A DNA stretch of 64,000 nucleotides, from contig JAQTSV010000001.1 of the NCBI GenBank assembly GCA_028711115.1, forward strand, positions 1,304,928 through 1,368,927. Direction: 5' to 3'. The notes beneath the pieces are model-generated. The model was not told where the DNA came from. It searched no databases and saw only the letters and a list, made by a program, of their open reading frames with translations. The position numbers were made by a program, and so were the translations under genes. Source of the DNA: Candidatus Omnitrophota bacterium (lineage in GTDB: Bacteria; Omnitrophota; Gorgyraeia; Velamenicoccales; JABMQK01). Below are positions 56,324-64,000 of this stretch, one piece after another; the stretch's first letter is position 1; each line of letters begins with the position of its first letter.

Positions 56324-57640
56324 TTATTTTTTCTTTTTTGTTTTTTTGGCTTTTGATTTTTTAATAACTTTAACAACAGCCTTAACCAATGGTTTTGCAG
56401 GCACTCCCACGACAACACTGTTGTTTTTTATATTGCTTCCTTTGGTTATCACAGCGCCCGCGCCAGTCACGGCCGATTTGCCAATCTTGGCAGGAGCGAC
56501 TATTACTGTATCACAACCGATAAATGCCTTGTCACCAATAACGGTGCGATTTTTATTCTTGCCGTCGAAATTTGCGATTGTCATGCCTGCCCCGATATTA
56601 ACACCTTTGCCGACAGATGTATCCCCTAAATAACCAAGGTGTTTAAAATATGTGCCTTCACCCAATTGGCTGCGCACAATCTCCGTGAAATTCCCCACTA
56701 CACTATTATCTTTTATAACCGTGCCTTCTCGTAAATGACAGAACGGGCCGATAGAGCATTTGCTGCCAATCTTTACGCCGGATTGGATAACTGTAAACGG
56801 ATAGATAGCCGTTTCCTTGCCGATGGAAACTCCGTAATTTATAAAAGTGGTCTTGGGGTCTAATACTGATACGCCATTTTTGAGAAATTCTTCAATAATA
56901 CGCATGCGCATTATTTCATTGGCATGGCTTAATTCCAGGCGGGAATTTATGCCTAAGGCCTCCTCTGGATTAGAGGAGACGCAGGTTTCAATCCTCTTAT
57001 TATTTTTATATAAAATTTCTATCACATCCGTAAGATAATATTCTTTCTTTTTAGCGTTTAACCCTACTTCGTTTAATGCCTGCAATAAATCCACGGAATT
57101 AAAACAATATATTCCGGAATTGATTTCTCTAATCTGTTTCTGAGAAAAACTCGCATCCATTTCTTCGATAATACAGCGCACCTTGCTGTATTCGTCTCTT
57201 ACAATGCGACCGAATCCCGACGGATTATCCAAGAAGGAAGTAAGCATTGTGCAGCTTGCGTTTCTGTCTTTGTGGTGATTTACTAACTGCTGGAGGGTCT
57301 GTGTCTTTATCAAAGGGGTGTCCGCGCAAAGAATCAAGACATTTGCTTTGGCCTTAGATAAAAATTTATTGGCTGACATTACGGCGTCAGCCGTGCCTTG
57401 CGGTTTTTTCTGAAAAACGGCTTTTATATATTTATTCTTCCTGGCATTGATATAATCCAATACCGCAGTATGTTCTTTATTTAAGACTACGCAGATTTTC
57501 TTCAGGCGGGCATTGGCTACAGAATCAATCACATAGTCTATCATCGGCCTGCCGCAAATTTCGTGCAATACCTTGGGTACGTCGGAATTCATGCGCGTGC
57601 CTTCACCTGCAGCCAGAATTATGGTTATGAAATCTTTCAT
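56324..57640 (-). CDS. glmU: Bifunctional GlcNAc-1-phosphate uridyltransferase / glucosamine-1-phosphate acetyltransferase
   Basis: LAAGEGTRM motif, a hexapeptide-repeat C-domain and a lysine-rich tail. Confidence 0.95.
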   Translation of the reverse strand: MKDFITIILAAGEGTRMNSDVPKVLHEICGRPMIDYVIDSVANARLKKICVVLNKEHTAVLDYINARKNKYIKAVFQKKPQGTADAVMSANKFLSKAKANVLILCADTPLIKTQTLQQLVNHHKDRNASCTMLTSFLDNPSGFGRIVRDEYSKVRCIIEEMDASFSQKQIREINSGIYCFNSVDLLQALNEVGLNAKKKEYYLTDVIEILYKNNKRIETCVSSNPEEALGINSRLELSHANEIMRMRIIEEFLKNGVSVLDPKTTFINYGVSIGKETAIYPFTVIQSGVKIGSKCSIGPFCHLREGTVIKDNSVVGNFTEIVRSQLGEGTYFKHLGYLGDTSVGKGVNIGAGMTIANFDGKNKNRTVIGDKAFIGCDTVIVAPAKIGKSAVTGAGAVITKGSNIKNNSVVVGVPAKPLVKAVVKVIKKSKAKKTKKKK

Positions 57641-57662
57641 GGTTTTACCTCTCTTATAACAG

Positions 57663-57734
57663 CTGCCCAGCCAGGGCTCGAACCTGGAAACCGAGATCCA
57701 AATTCTCGTGTGTTACCAATTACACTACCGGGCA
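57663..57734 (-). tRNA. tRNA-Gln (anticodon TTG), no encoded CCA
   Basis: TGCCCGGTAGTGTAATTGGTAACACACGAGAATTTGGATCTCG...GGTTCGAGCCCTGGCTGGGCAG, with a U1-A72 pair. Confidence 0.9.
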
Positions 57735-57862
57735 AGATATCTATCTTTTAAACGGGTTTCTACCAACAGAATGAAACACCAAACATCACATAAGCAAATT
57801 TTGTGTGATTTTCAATAAATGGTTATTTATAATGCAAAATTTGGACTTGGATCAAATGCCTT

Positions 57863-58273
57863 TTAAAAATCCTGGAGATCGGATTTTGGTTCAGGCGCTT
57901 TATTTTTTTCTGCTTCATAAGCTTCCAGGACCTTCTTCTGCAGATATTCCCTAAAGGTCTGTGTAATAGGATGCGCTATATCGCGATGCTCTGATTGTGC
58001 GTCTTTGCTGCCTTGTTCCATCGGCGCAGAAACAGCGGGAAGCTGTGCTGCACACTGATTGCAATATTTGCTGCGCATTTCATTACGGAAGCCGCATTTT
58101 GGGCAAGACGTTTTTAGCCTTCTGGAAGGCATAGCTATAAATAAACCGCTACCGCCTTCTATAACTTTGATGTTGCGGACTACAAAAGCATTATCAAAAG
58201 TCACAGTTGCATAAGCCTTAAGTTTCTTATCAGGGCTTTCCTTTAAGAAAATTCTTACCTCAGTAATCTCCAT
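57863..58273 (-). CDS. spoVG: SpoVG-family protein with an internal zinc-ribbon insertion
   Basis: The SpoVG core (MEITEVRIF...LFIAMPSRR and RDIAHPIT...) is interrupted by ~44 aa containing CPKCG-x10-CNQC. Confidence 0.85.
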   Translation of the reverse strand: MEITEVRIFLKESPDKKLKAYATVTFDNAFVVRNIKVIEGGSGLFIAMPSRRLKTSCPKCGFRNEMRSKYCNQCAAQLPAVSAPMEQGSKDAQSEHRDIAHPITQTFREYLQKKVLEAYEAEKNKAPEPKSDLQDF

Positions 58274-58322
58274 TGGCTAGTACCTCCTTTAAACATCCAC
58301 TATTGAAGCCACATTATACTAA

Positions 58323-59249
58323 TTACAAAGTGCTAACTAGAAAGTAACGACATACCTTGGGTAACCCCCTCATTTTTCTTATCAGATACTCCGCCCCCTT
58401 TCTGTTAGAAAATGTCATAAATAATGCCGAGCCACTTCCTGACATATGAACAAAATCGTGGGCTATATCTTCAAGAACACCCTTAAGTCTAGCCAGTTTA
58501 GGAAACTGCTTTATTACCAAATTCTCAAAACTATTGTAACTATAGTAATTTAAAAGAGAAACATCTCTCTTTAACAAAGCGCAAGTTACAATATTAGCAC
58601 CATAAGGAGGTATTGTCAATCTCAATCTTTTTGATAAACTGCTGCCTCTAAATTCGCCTTCCCCCCTGACATAATGCTTATCAAACAAAGAATAGGCATA
58701 AGGTGTGGATACTTTAATACCGGAAGCAATCAAAATATGCCATAATTTGAGATTATCGGTCTTTGATATTTTGGAGACCTTATTGCCTCTTTCGCTGCCC
58801 AATAAAAAACTGCCTTCTGCCATAAACAAAGGGACATCGCTGCCTATACCCCGGGAAAGATTCAAGAGCTCTTTTTTGCTTAATCCTAAATTCCAAAGTT
58901 TATTTAATCCCTTGATAGTGGCTGCAGCATCGCTGGAACCTCCGCCCAAACCTGCAGCTATGGGAATATTCTTTTCTATATATACATAAAGCCCTCTTTT
59001 TATCCTGAATTTATTTTTTATAAGACAAATTGCCTTGTAGACAGTGTTATTTTTCTGCGCAAGAAGAATATCTTTGCAGTTGGATTCAATAACCACCTTG
59101 TCCGTCGGGATATCCTTCAAAATAACCTTATCAAAAAGAGAGATTTTCTCAAACACAGTCTCAATATTATGATAACCGTCTTCTCTTTTGTTCAGGATTT
59201 TAAGAAAAAGATTGATTTTGGCTGGGGCAAGAACTTTAACTTGCTTCAT
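58323..59249 (-). CDS. ispE: 4-diphosphocytidyl-2-C-methyl-D-erythritol kinase
   Basis: GHMP kinase motif PIAAGLGGGSSDAA. Confidence 0.9.
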   Translation of the reverse strand: MKQVKVLAPAKINLFLKILNKREDGYHNIETVFEKISLFDKVILKDIPTDKVVIESNCKDILLAQKNNTVYKAICLIKNKFRIKRGLYVYIEKNIPIAAGLGGGSSDAAATIKGLNKLWNLGLSKKELLNLSRGIGSDVPLFMAEGSFLLGSERGNKVSKISKTDNLKLWHILIASGIKVSTPYAYSLFDKHYVRGEGEFRGSSLSKRLRLTIPPYGANIVTCALLKRDVSLLNYYSYNSFENLVIKQFPKLARLKGVLEDIAHDFVHMSGSGSALFMTFSNRKGAEYLIRKMRGLPKVCRYFLVSTL

Positions 59250-59291
59250 TATTTAGATGGAACCTCATGGGCAAACTCATGGTACCCATAT

Positions 59292-60233
59292 TTATCCGCC
59301 TTTGGCGGATAAAACTTTTTTTGCGGCAATAACTATGTCTGAGCCGGTCAAATTGTACTCTTTTAGCAATTCGGCAGGGCTGCCTGATTGTCCAAATCTA
59401 TTTCTTATACCTACGCGTATCACCTTGGTAGGTATATTTTCGCATACAACTTCATCAATCGCAGAGGCAAGGCCGCCCACGACTGTGTGCTCCTCGCAAA
59501 CAACCAAACCTTTTGTCTCTTTGACACATTTTATAATCATCTCTTCATCTAAAGGCCTTAAGGTATGCATATTGATTACTCTTGCGGATATGCCTTCTTT
59601 TTTTAATATTTCTTCTGCTTTGATGGCCTGCTCTACCATTATACCGCAGGCAAAAATAGAAACATCATTGCCTTCTTTGATTACGCAGGATTTTCCTAAT
59701 TTAAAAGGCTTTTTCTCCTCGATGGTAGGTACTTTTGCCCTGCTTAATCTGATATAAAAAGGACCAGGCGTGTTCAAAGCAGCAATAACTGCGTCTTTTG
59801 TTTCAGGGCCATCACACGGAACAATGATTTTCATATTGGGGATACTGCGCATCAAAGCAATATCTTCAATTGCCTGATGGCTGGCCCCATCTTCACCCAC
59901 GCTAACGCCTGCATGCGTCGCCACGAGCTTAACATTAAAATTATTATAACAAACGGAATTGCGCAGCTGATCCCATGCCCGGCCAGTAGCAAACATAGCA
60001 AAAGTAGAAGCAAAAACTACTTTACCGCAGCTTGCCAGACCAGCAGCCGTTGCCATCATATTTTGTTCAGCCACGCCAAAATTAAAAAATCTCTCCGGAT
60101 AGGCCTTGCCAAAAAGTTTTGTCTTGGTGGAACTCGATAAATCTGCGTCCAAGACAATTATGTTCTGATGGTCTTTGCCTAATTCTACCAGAGTTTTTCC
60201 GTATACTTCCCGTTGATAAAGTGCTTCTGCCAA
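59292..60233 (-). CDS. Transketolase, C-terminal (pyrimidine-binding) subunit
   Basis: Split-type transketolase B subunit; the conserved GVAEQNM and EDGASHQ motifs. Confidence 0.92.
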   Translation of the reverse strand: MAEALYQREVYGKTLVELGKDHQNIIVLDADLSSSTKTKLFGKAYPERFFNFGVAEQNMMATAAGLASCGKVVFASTFAMFATGRAWDQLRNSVCYNNFNVKLVATHAGVSVGEDGASHQAIEDIALMRSIPNMKIIVPCDGPETKDAVIAALNTPGPFYIRLSRAKVPTIEEKKPFKLGKSCVIKEGNDVSIFACGIMVEQAIKAEEILKKEGISARVINMHTLRPLDEEMIIKCVKETKGLVVCEEHTVVGGLASAIDEVVCENIPTKVIRVGIRNRFGQSGSPAELLKEYNLTGSDIVIAAKKVLSAKGG

Positions 60234-60250
60234 ATCCTGGCTCCTTATTA

Positions 60251-61084
60251 TTACAAACTTTTTTTCTTTTTTAAATCTTCTAAGGCCTGTTTTGTTTCTG
60301 TTTCATTAGGCGCCCGGCCATGAAAATCCACTACATTCTCCATACAGGAAACACCTTTGCCTTTTGTTGTCTTGGCAATGATTATGGTGGGTTTGCCTTT
60401 TATTGTTTTTGCCTCTTCAAAGGCTTTGATTATTTCGGCGATATTATGCCCGTTGATTTCAACCGCATGCCAGCCAAATGCCTGCCATTTATCTTTCAAT
60501 GGTTCCAAAGCCATAATTTCGGAGATTTTACCGTCGATCTGGAATCCATTATAATCCAGGACAGCGCATAAATTATCGCATTTATAATGCGCACAAGCCA
60601 TGGCTGCTTCCCAGATATTCCCTTCCTGGATTTCACCATCGCCCATAAGGCAATAAACCCTGTAATCTTTTTTGTCAATTCTTCCGGCCAAACTCATTCC
60701 CAAAGCCACAGACAAACCCTGGCCCAAAGAACCACTGGCCACTTCTATCCCGGGAGTCCTTCTGTCAGGATGCCCCTGCAATAAAGCTCCTAAGCGGCGC
60801 AGATTGGATAATTCTTTTTTGTCGAAATATCCTCTTTCTGCCAAAGCAGCATATAACACAGGACAGCTATGGCCTTTGGAAAGATGGAATCTGTCTCTGT
60901 CCGGCCAATTGGGATCCTGCGGTTTAATTCTTAAGACATGAAAAAATAAAACCGTTATCACTTCTGCACAGGACAAAGATCCCCCGGGATGGCCCGAGCC
61001 CGCTTTAGACAGCATCTCGATAATCGATATGCGTATATTACATGCCTGTTCTTCTAATTTTTTAATATCTGGCTGCGGGTTCAT
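60251..61084 (-). CDS. Transketolase, N-terminal (TPP-binding) subunit
   Basis: GHPGGSLS and GDGEIQEGNIWEA motifs. Confidence 0.92.
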   Translation of the reverse strand: MNPQPDIKKLEEQACNIRISIIEMLSKAGSGHPGGSLSCAEVITVLFFHVLRIKPQDPNWPDRDRFHLSKGHSCPVLYAALAERGYFDKKELSNLRRLGALLQGHPDRRTPGIEVASGSLGQGLSVALGMSLAGRIDKKDYRVYCLMGDGEIQEGNIWEAAMACAHYKCDNLCAVLDYNGFQIDGKISEIMALEPLKDKWQAFGWHAVEINGHNIAEIIKAFEEAKTIKGKPTIIIAKTTKGKGVSCMENVVDFHGRAPNETETKQALEDLKKKKSL

Positions 61085-62052
61085 TTTTTATTCAATGTTT
61101 TAATCTTTTCTTGAATTTGTTTTTTGCCTGGCTCTATGGCCAATGACTTTTGCCAGCTTTTTACCGCTTCCTTATTTTTTCCCATTTTATAATAAACTTC
61201 TCCCAGATGGTCGAATACCTCCGCATCATTACTCAATGCCGAAGCACTCTCTAAATATTTTAAGGCATTATTCAAATCGCCTCTTTTAAAATAAACCCAG
61301 CCCATGGTATCTAAAAACGAACCATTGGAAGGATCAATCTCCAGGGCCTTTTGCGCCAAAGACAAGGCATCGTCTAAATTCTCCCCTTGTTCTGCATAAA
61401 CATAACTTAAGGAATTCAAGGCCAAGACATTGTCCGGATTAATCTCTAAGGCCTTCCTTAATTCACTTACAGCCATCTCTTTTGTAGAAAATTCGCTATA
61501 AATAAAACCCAGGTAGAAGTGAGTATTCGAATCGTTGGGATTGTTTTTCAGAATTGCCTTACATTCTACTTCTGCATTAACCCAATCTTTTTTCGTCACA
61601 TATAACTGCACCAGCGAATAACGGACATCGCTTTCATTTAAAATTAACAAAGGCCTTTCCAGTAATTTGCGGCATTCCTTTATAGCTTCATCTGGCTGTG
61701 AGGAATATGCATAAATACAAGCCAGCAAAAAACGGCTTTCCTCGTCGTAGGGTTTTAATTTTAAGGCAGATTGCAATTCTTTTGTGGCATTTTTAAAATC
61801 CTTTAGTCTTATGTAATCCAGAGCTAAACGATAATGGGCATCCCAAGCCCCGGTATCAGATTCTACAGCCTTCTTATATGCCCTCTTGGCGTCCTGGTAT
61901 TCGCCTGATACATCTGAAAGGAGTCCCTGTATGTAATTTTGGTAGGAACGTGAATCCTGAGAAATATTAGCAGCTTCTGCAAAATCAGAAAAAAGAGGCA
62001 ACATTGTGCAGATACACAAAAAGCAAAGTAAGTAAATACCCGGACTGCGCAT
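61081..62052 (-). CDS. Secreted TPR repeat protein
   Basis: A signal peptide and about 7 TPR units. Confidence 0.75.
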   Translation of the reverse strand: MRSPGIYLLCFLCICTMLPLFSDFAEAANISQDSRSYQNYIQGLLSDVSGEYQDAKRAYKKAVESDTGAWDAHYRLALDYIRLKDFKNATKELQSALKLKPYDEESRFLLACIYAYSSQPDEAIKECRKLLERPLLILNESDVRYSLVQLYVTKKDWVNAEVECKAILKNNPNDSNTHFYLGFIYSEFSTKEMAVSELRKALEINPDNVLALNSLSYVYAEQGENLDDALSLAQKALEIDPSNGSFLDTMGWVYFKRGDLNNALKYLESASALSNDAEVFDHLGEVYYKMGKNKEAVKSWQKSLAIEPGKKQIQEKIKTLNKK

Positions 62053-62092
62053 TTATGTCTTTATAAGTATTTTTTAATAATTAGTTAGCGGA

Positions 62093-62194
62093 TCAACCCC
62101 AGGCGCGTTTCTTCAAATGTCTCAACTTGCGACGCATCTTTTTCCTTTTATGCGTCCTGATCTTCCTGCGTTTTCTCTTTCTGCCACAAGGCAT
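62093..62194 (-). CDS. 33-aa hyper-basic peptide (bS22-like ribosomal protein candidate), absent from the ORF track
   Basis: Translation is MPCGRKRKRRKIRTHKRKKMRRKLRHLKKRAWG. A GGAGAGG Shine-Dalgarno lies upstream of the ATG at 62194, and the ORF sits between hisG and the TPR gene on the coding strand. Confidence 0.6.
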   Translation of the reverse strand: MPCGRKRKRRKIRTHKRKKMRRKLRHLKKRAWG

Positions 62195-62218
62195 ACGCCT
62201 CTCCTTTTGAGTACGCTT

Positions 62219-63094
62219 TTAATAAATCAATTTATTCAAAGGATATTCCACAATACCCTGAGCACCGGCTGACTTAAGCCGGGGTATCATCTCTCTGACT
62301 TCTTTCTCGTCTATAACCGTCTCCAAAGCCACCCAGCCTTTTTGCGTCAGGTTTGAAATGGTGGGATTTTTTAAAGCCGGCAATAACTTCACTATTCTAT
62401 TTAAATTTTTTACCGCCAGATTCATCTTAAGGCCGACTTTGCCTTCTGCGTCAATAGCGCCTTTTAAAAGCAGGCAGATTTCGTTAATCTTTTTCTTCTT
62501 CCAGGCATCTTTGATTGAAGATTTATTGGCGATAAACTGAGTCGTGGAAAAACAGACCACGCCTATTTCCTTTAATTTGTGTGCCCTAAGGCTTCTGCCT
62601 GTCTCCGTAAGTTCGACGATGGCGTCTACAAGGCCTGCGCTTACCTTTACCTCTGTGGCGCCCCAGCTGAATTCGACTTTTGCCTTTATCTTATTTTTCT
62701 TCAGGAAGTTAGTCGTGGCATTTACCAATTCCGTGGCTATGCGTTTTCCCTGAAGATTTTTTATATTCTTTATATCGGAGTTTTCCGGAACGGCGATAAC
62801 CCAGCGCACAGGGCTCATGCTCTGCTTGGCATACTGCAAATCCAGGATTTTTTCCACCTTGGATTCATTTTCCAGAATCCAGTCATTGCCGGTAATGCCG
62901 CAATCCAATACGCCCTGTTCTACATAACGCGACATCTCCTGGGCGCGCAGCAAAACCACCTCGATCTCAGCGTCGTCAATAGAAGGCAGATAAGAACGCT
63001 CGGAGACAGAAATATTAAATCCTGCTTTCTGGAAGACGCGCAGAGTCGCCTCCTGCAGGCTCCCTTTGGGTAAACCTAACTTTATTCTTTTCAT
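62219..63094 (-). CDS. hisG: ATP phosphoribosyltransferase (long form)
   Basis: The HisG catalytic domains plus the C-terminal regulatory domain; 291 aa. Confidence 0.92.
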   Translation of the reverse strand: MKRIKLGLPKGSLQEATLRVFQKAGFNISVSERSYLPSIDDAEIEVVLLRAQEMSRYVEQGVLDCGITGNDWILENESKVEKILDLQYAKQSMSPVRWVIAVPENSDIKNIKNLQGKRIATELVNATTNFLKKNKIKAKVEFSWGATEVKVSAGLVDAIVELTETGRSLRAHKLKEIGVVCFSTTQFIANKSSIKDAWKKKKINEICLLLKGAIDAEGKVGLKMNLAVKNLNRIVKLLPALKNPTISNLTQKGWVALETVIDEKEVREMIPRLKSAGAQGIVEYPLNKLIY

Positions 63095-63113
63095 GATATT
63101 TTCTCTTTTTCGC

Positions 63114-63142
63114 TTGACTTTCGAAACTTGCGGGATTATTAT
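63114..63142 (+). promoter_or_regulatory. Sigma70-like promoter for the ppiD-like gene
   Basis: TTGACT (63114-63119), a 17-nt spacer, then TATTAT (63137-63142). Confidence 0.55.
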
Positions 63143-63218
63143 AACTGCTAAATAAATTCTTGTAAAGAAAAAACATCTAAAGTTACTTTCCAGTTTTAAT
63201 TTAAAATAAAACTAACAA

Positions 63219-64000
63219 ATGTTAAAATTTCTGCGTAAACAAAAAGTTGCCAAGAGAATATTCTACGCGCTCGCCATAATTATCGTACCCTCCTTTATAC
63301 TTTGGGGTTCGGCTACTGTTATCAGAGACAGAAATGCAAAAGGCTACGCCGGTATAGTATTCGGAAAGAAAATTTCCTATGATGAATACCGCAGCACCCT
63401 GCAAACCTGGCGCAACCAGTTGAAGATAAAATTCGGCGATAAGGCCAACCAGATAGAGAAAATACTCGACGGAAATCAGGCCGTATGGGACAGATTAATC
63501 ATGCGCTACGGGATAAAAAGAATGAATATAAGAATAAGCAACGATGAATTAACCAATTACATAACTTCCCTACCCTTCCTGCAAAAAGACGGCGTATTCG
63601 ACCCGCAGCTGTACGAATTATTCCTCAGGTATTCTTTAAACACGCCTGCCCGCATCTTCGAGGAAGAGGTCCGCGAAAACCTGAAATTTCAGAAATTATT
63701 CAACCAAGTCACTCAAGATATCCAAGTGACTGAAGAAGAAATAAAAAATCGCTACATAGAAGACAACGAACAAATAAAGGTAAAGTATGTCTGCGTATTA
63801 TATAAAGATGTGGCCCGGGAAGTCAATTTAACTGAAGATGAGCTAAAGGGCTATTATGATAAAAATAAAACAGAATTCACCATTCCTATCCAGGCCGACC
63901 TAAACTGTATCGGTATTGACCTGCCGCAAGACGCAACTGAGGCACAGAAAAAAGAAGCTAGCGAGAAAATGGAAGCCGCGCGCCTGTTTTTGGGAGAAGG
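63219..64000 (+). CDS. PpiD/SurA-N-domain periplasmic chaperone (partial; runs off the window)
   Basis: The ATG at 63219 opens a frame that stays open to the window end. Translation begins MLKFLRKQKVAKRIFYALAIIIVPSFILWG (TM anchor), followed by a SurA_N-like region. It is missing from the ORF track because no stop falls inside the window. Confidence 0.7.
   Translation, partial: MLKFLRKQKVAKRIFYALAIIIVPSFILWGSATVIRDRNAKGYAGIVFGKKISYDEYRSTLQTWRNQLKIKFGDKANQIEKILDGNQAVWDRLIMRYGIKRMNIRISNDELTNYITSLPFLQKDGVFDPQLYELFLRYSLNTPARIFEEEVRENLKFQKLFNQVTQDIQVTEEEIKNRYIEDNEQIKVKYVCVLYKDVAREVNLTEDELKGYYDKNKTEFTIPIQADLNCIGIDLPQDATEAQKKEASEKMEAARLFLGE

Noticed and set aside
56215-56418. A 67-aa minus-strand ORF bridging the glmU 3' end and the prs start.
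   Set aside because: It overlaps two confidently called genes and the structured spacer, and it is out of frame with both. It is treated as non-coding.

Overview
This 64 kb window of an AT-rich diderm bacterial chromosome is almost entirely housekeeping. The lineage is probably uncultivated (Omnitrophota- or Elusimicrobiota-like), but that is a guess from gene content only. About 70 of roughly 73 protein genes and 9 of 10 tRNAs lie on the minus strand in long, tightly packed, often 4-nt-overlapping operons.

Recognisable content, in order:
- ligA, then an FMN-riboswitch-controlled rib operon (ribBA-ribH-nusB-PHP-ribD-ribE).
- cinA/thpR, one of only three plus-strand loci (with tRNA-Asn and the final ppiD-like gene).
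- A PilB/GspE-type ATPase followed by a detached MshEN-type N-domain protein.
- pgpA-pgsA-rimO-rodZ-ftsK-pnp-rpsO, then cspA.
- A small accessory patch: DUF2934, secreted proteins, PilZ, permease, a Zn-ribbon mini-protein and an ABC-2 exporter.
- recR-dnaX.
- A tRNA-centred region: tadA, serS, rtcB-archease, all four tRNA-Ser isoacceptors, tRNA-Arg(ACG) and tRNA-Lys, with a GAF histidine kinase, a response regulator and an orphan FlaI/TadA-like ATPase embedded.
- TPR and PDZ envelope proteins.
- lpxI-lpxA-lpxC/fabZ-lpxD-skp-bamA, then dnaB-rplI-rpsR-ssb-rpsF-pth-rplY-prs-glmU.
- spoVG, ispE, split transketolase, hisG and a partial ppiD-like gene.

I saw no CRISPR array, integrase, transposase or prophage.

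The most unusual signals are non-coding:
1. A conserved ~70-nt two-hairpin cassette sits immediately 5' of two tRNA-Ser genes, with a decayed copy at tRNA-Lys. Each copy is bracketed by a locus-specific direct duplication of the first 13-17 nt of that tRNA plus a few flank bases.
2. A modular family of REP-like hairpins (conserved base CGGATGCC, conserved AATG centre, compensated variable middle) fills the 3' trailers of the tRNA-Ser genes and base-pairs with their 3' ends.
3. A 45-50 nt hairpin-plus-promoter cassette is repeated three times in front of accessory genes.

Two small ORFs missing from the ORF track are also proposed: a 57-aa CxxC-x17-CxxC zinc ribbon and a 33-aa hyper-basic bS22-like peptide. 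All assignments come from reading motifs by eye. No database search or RNA folding was run.
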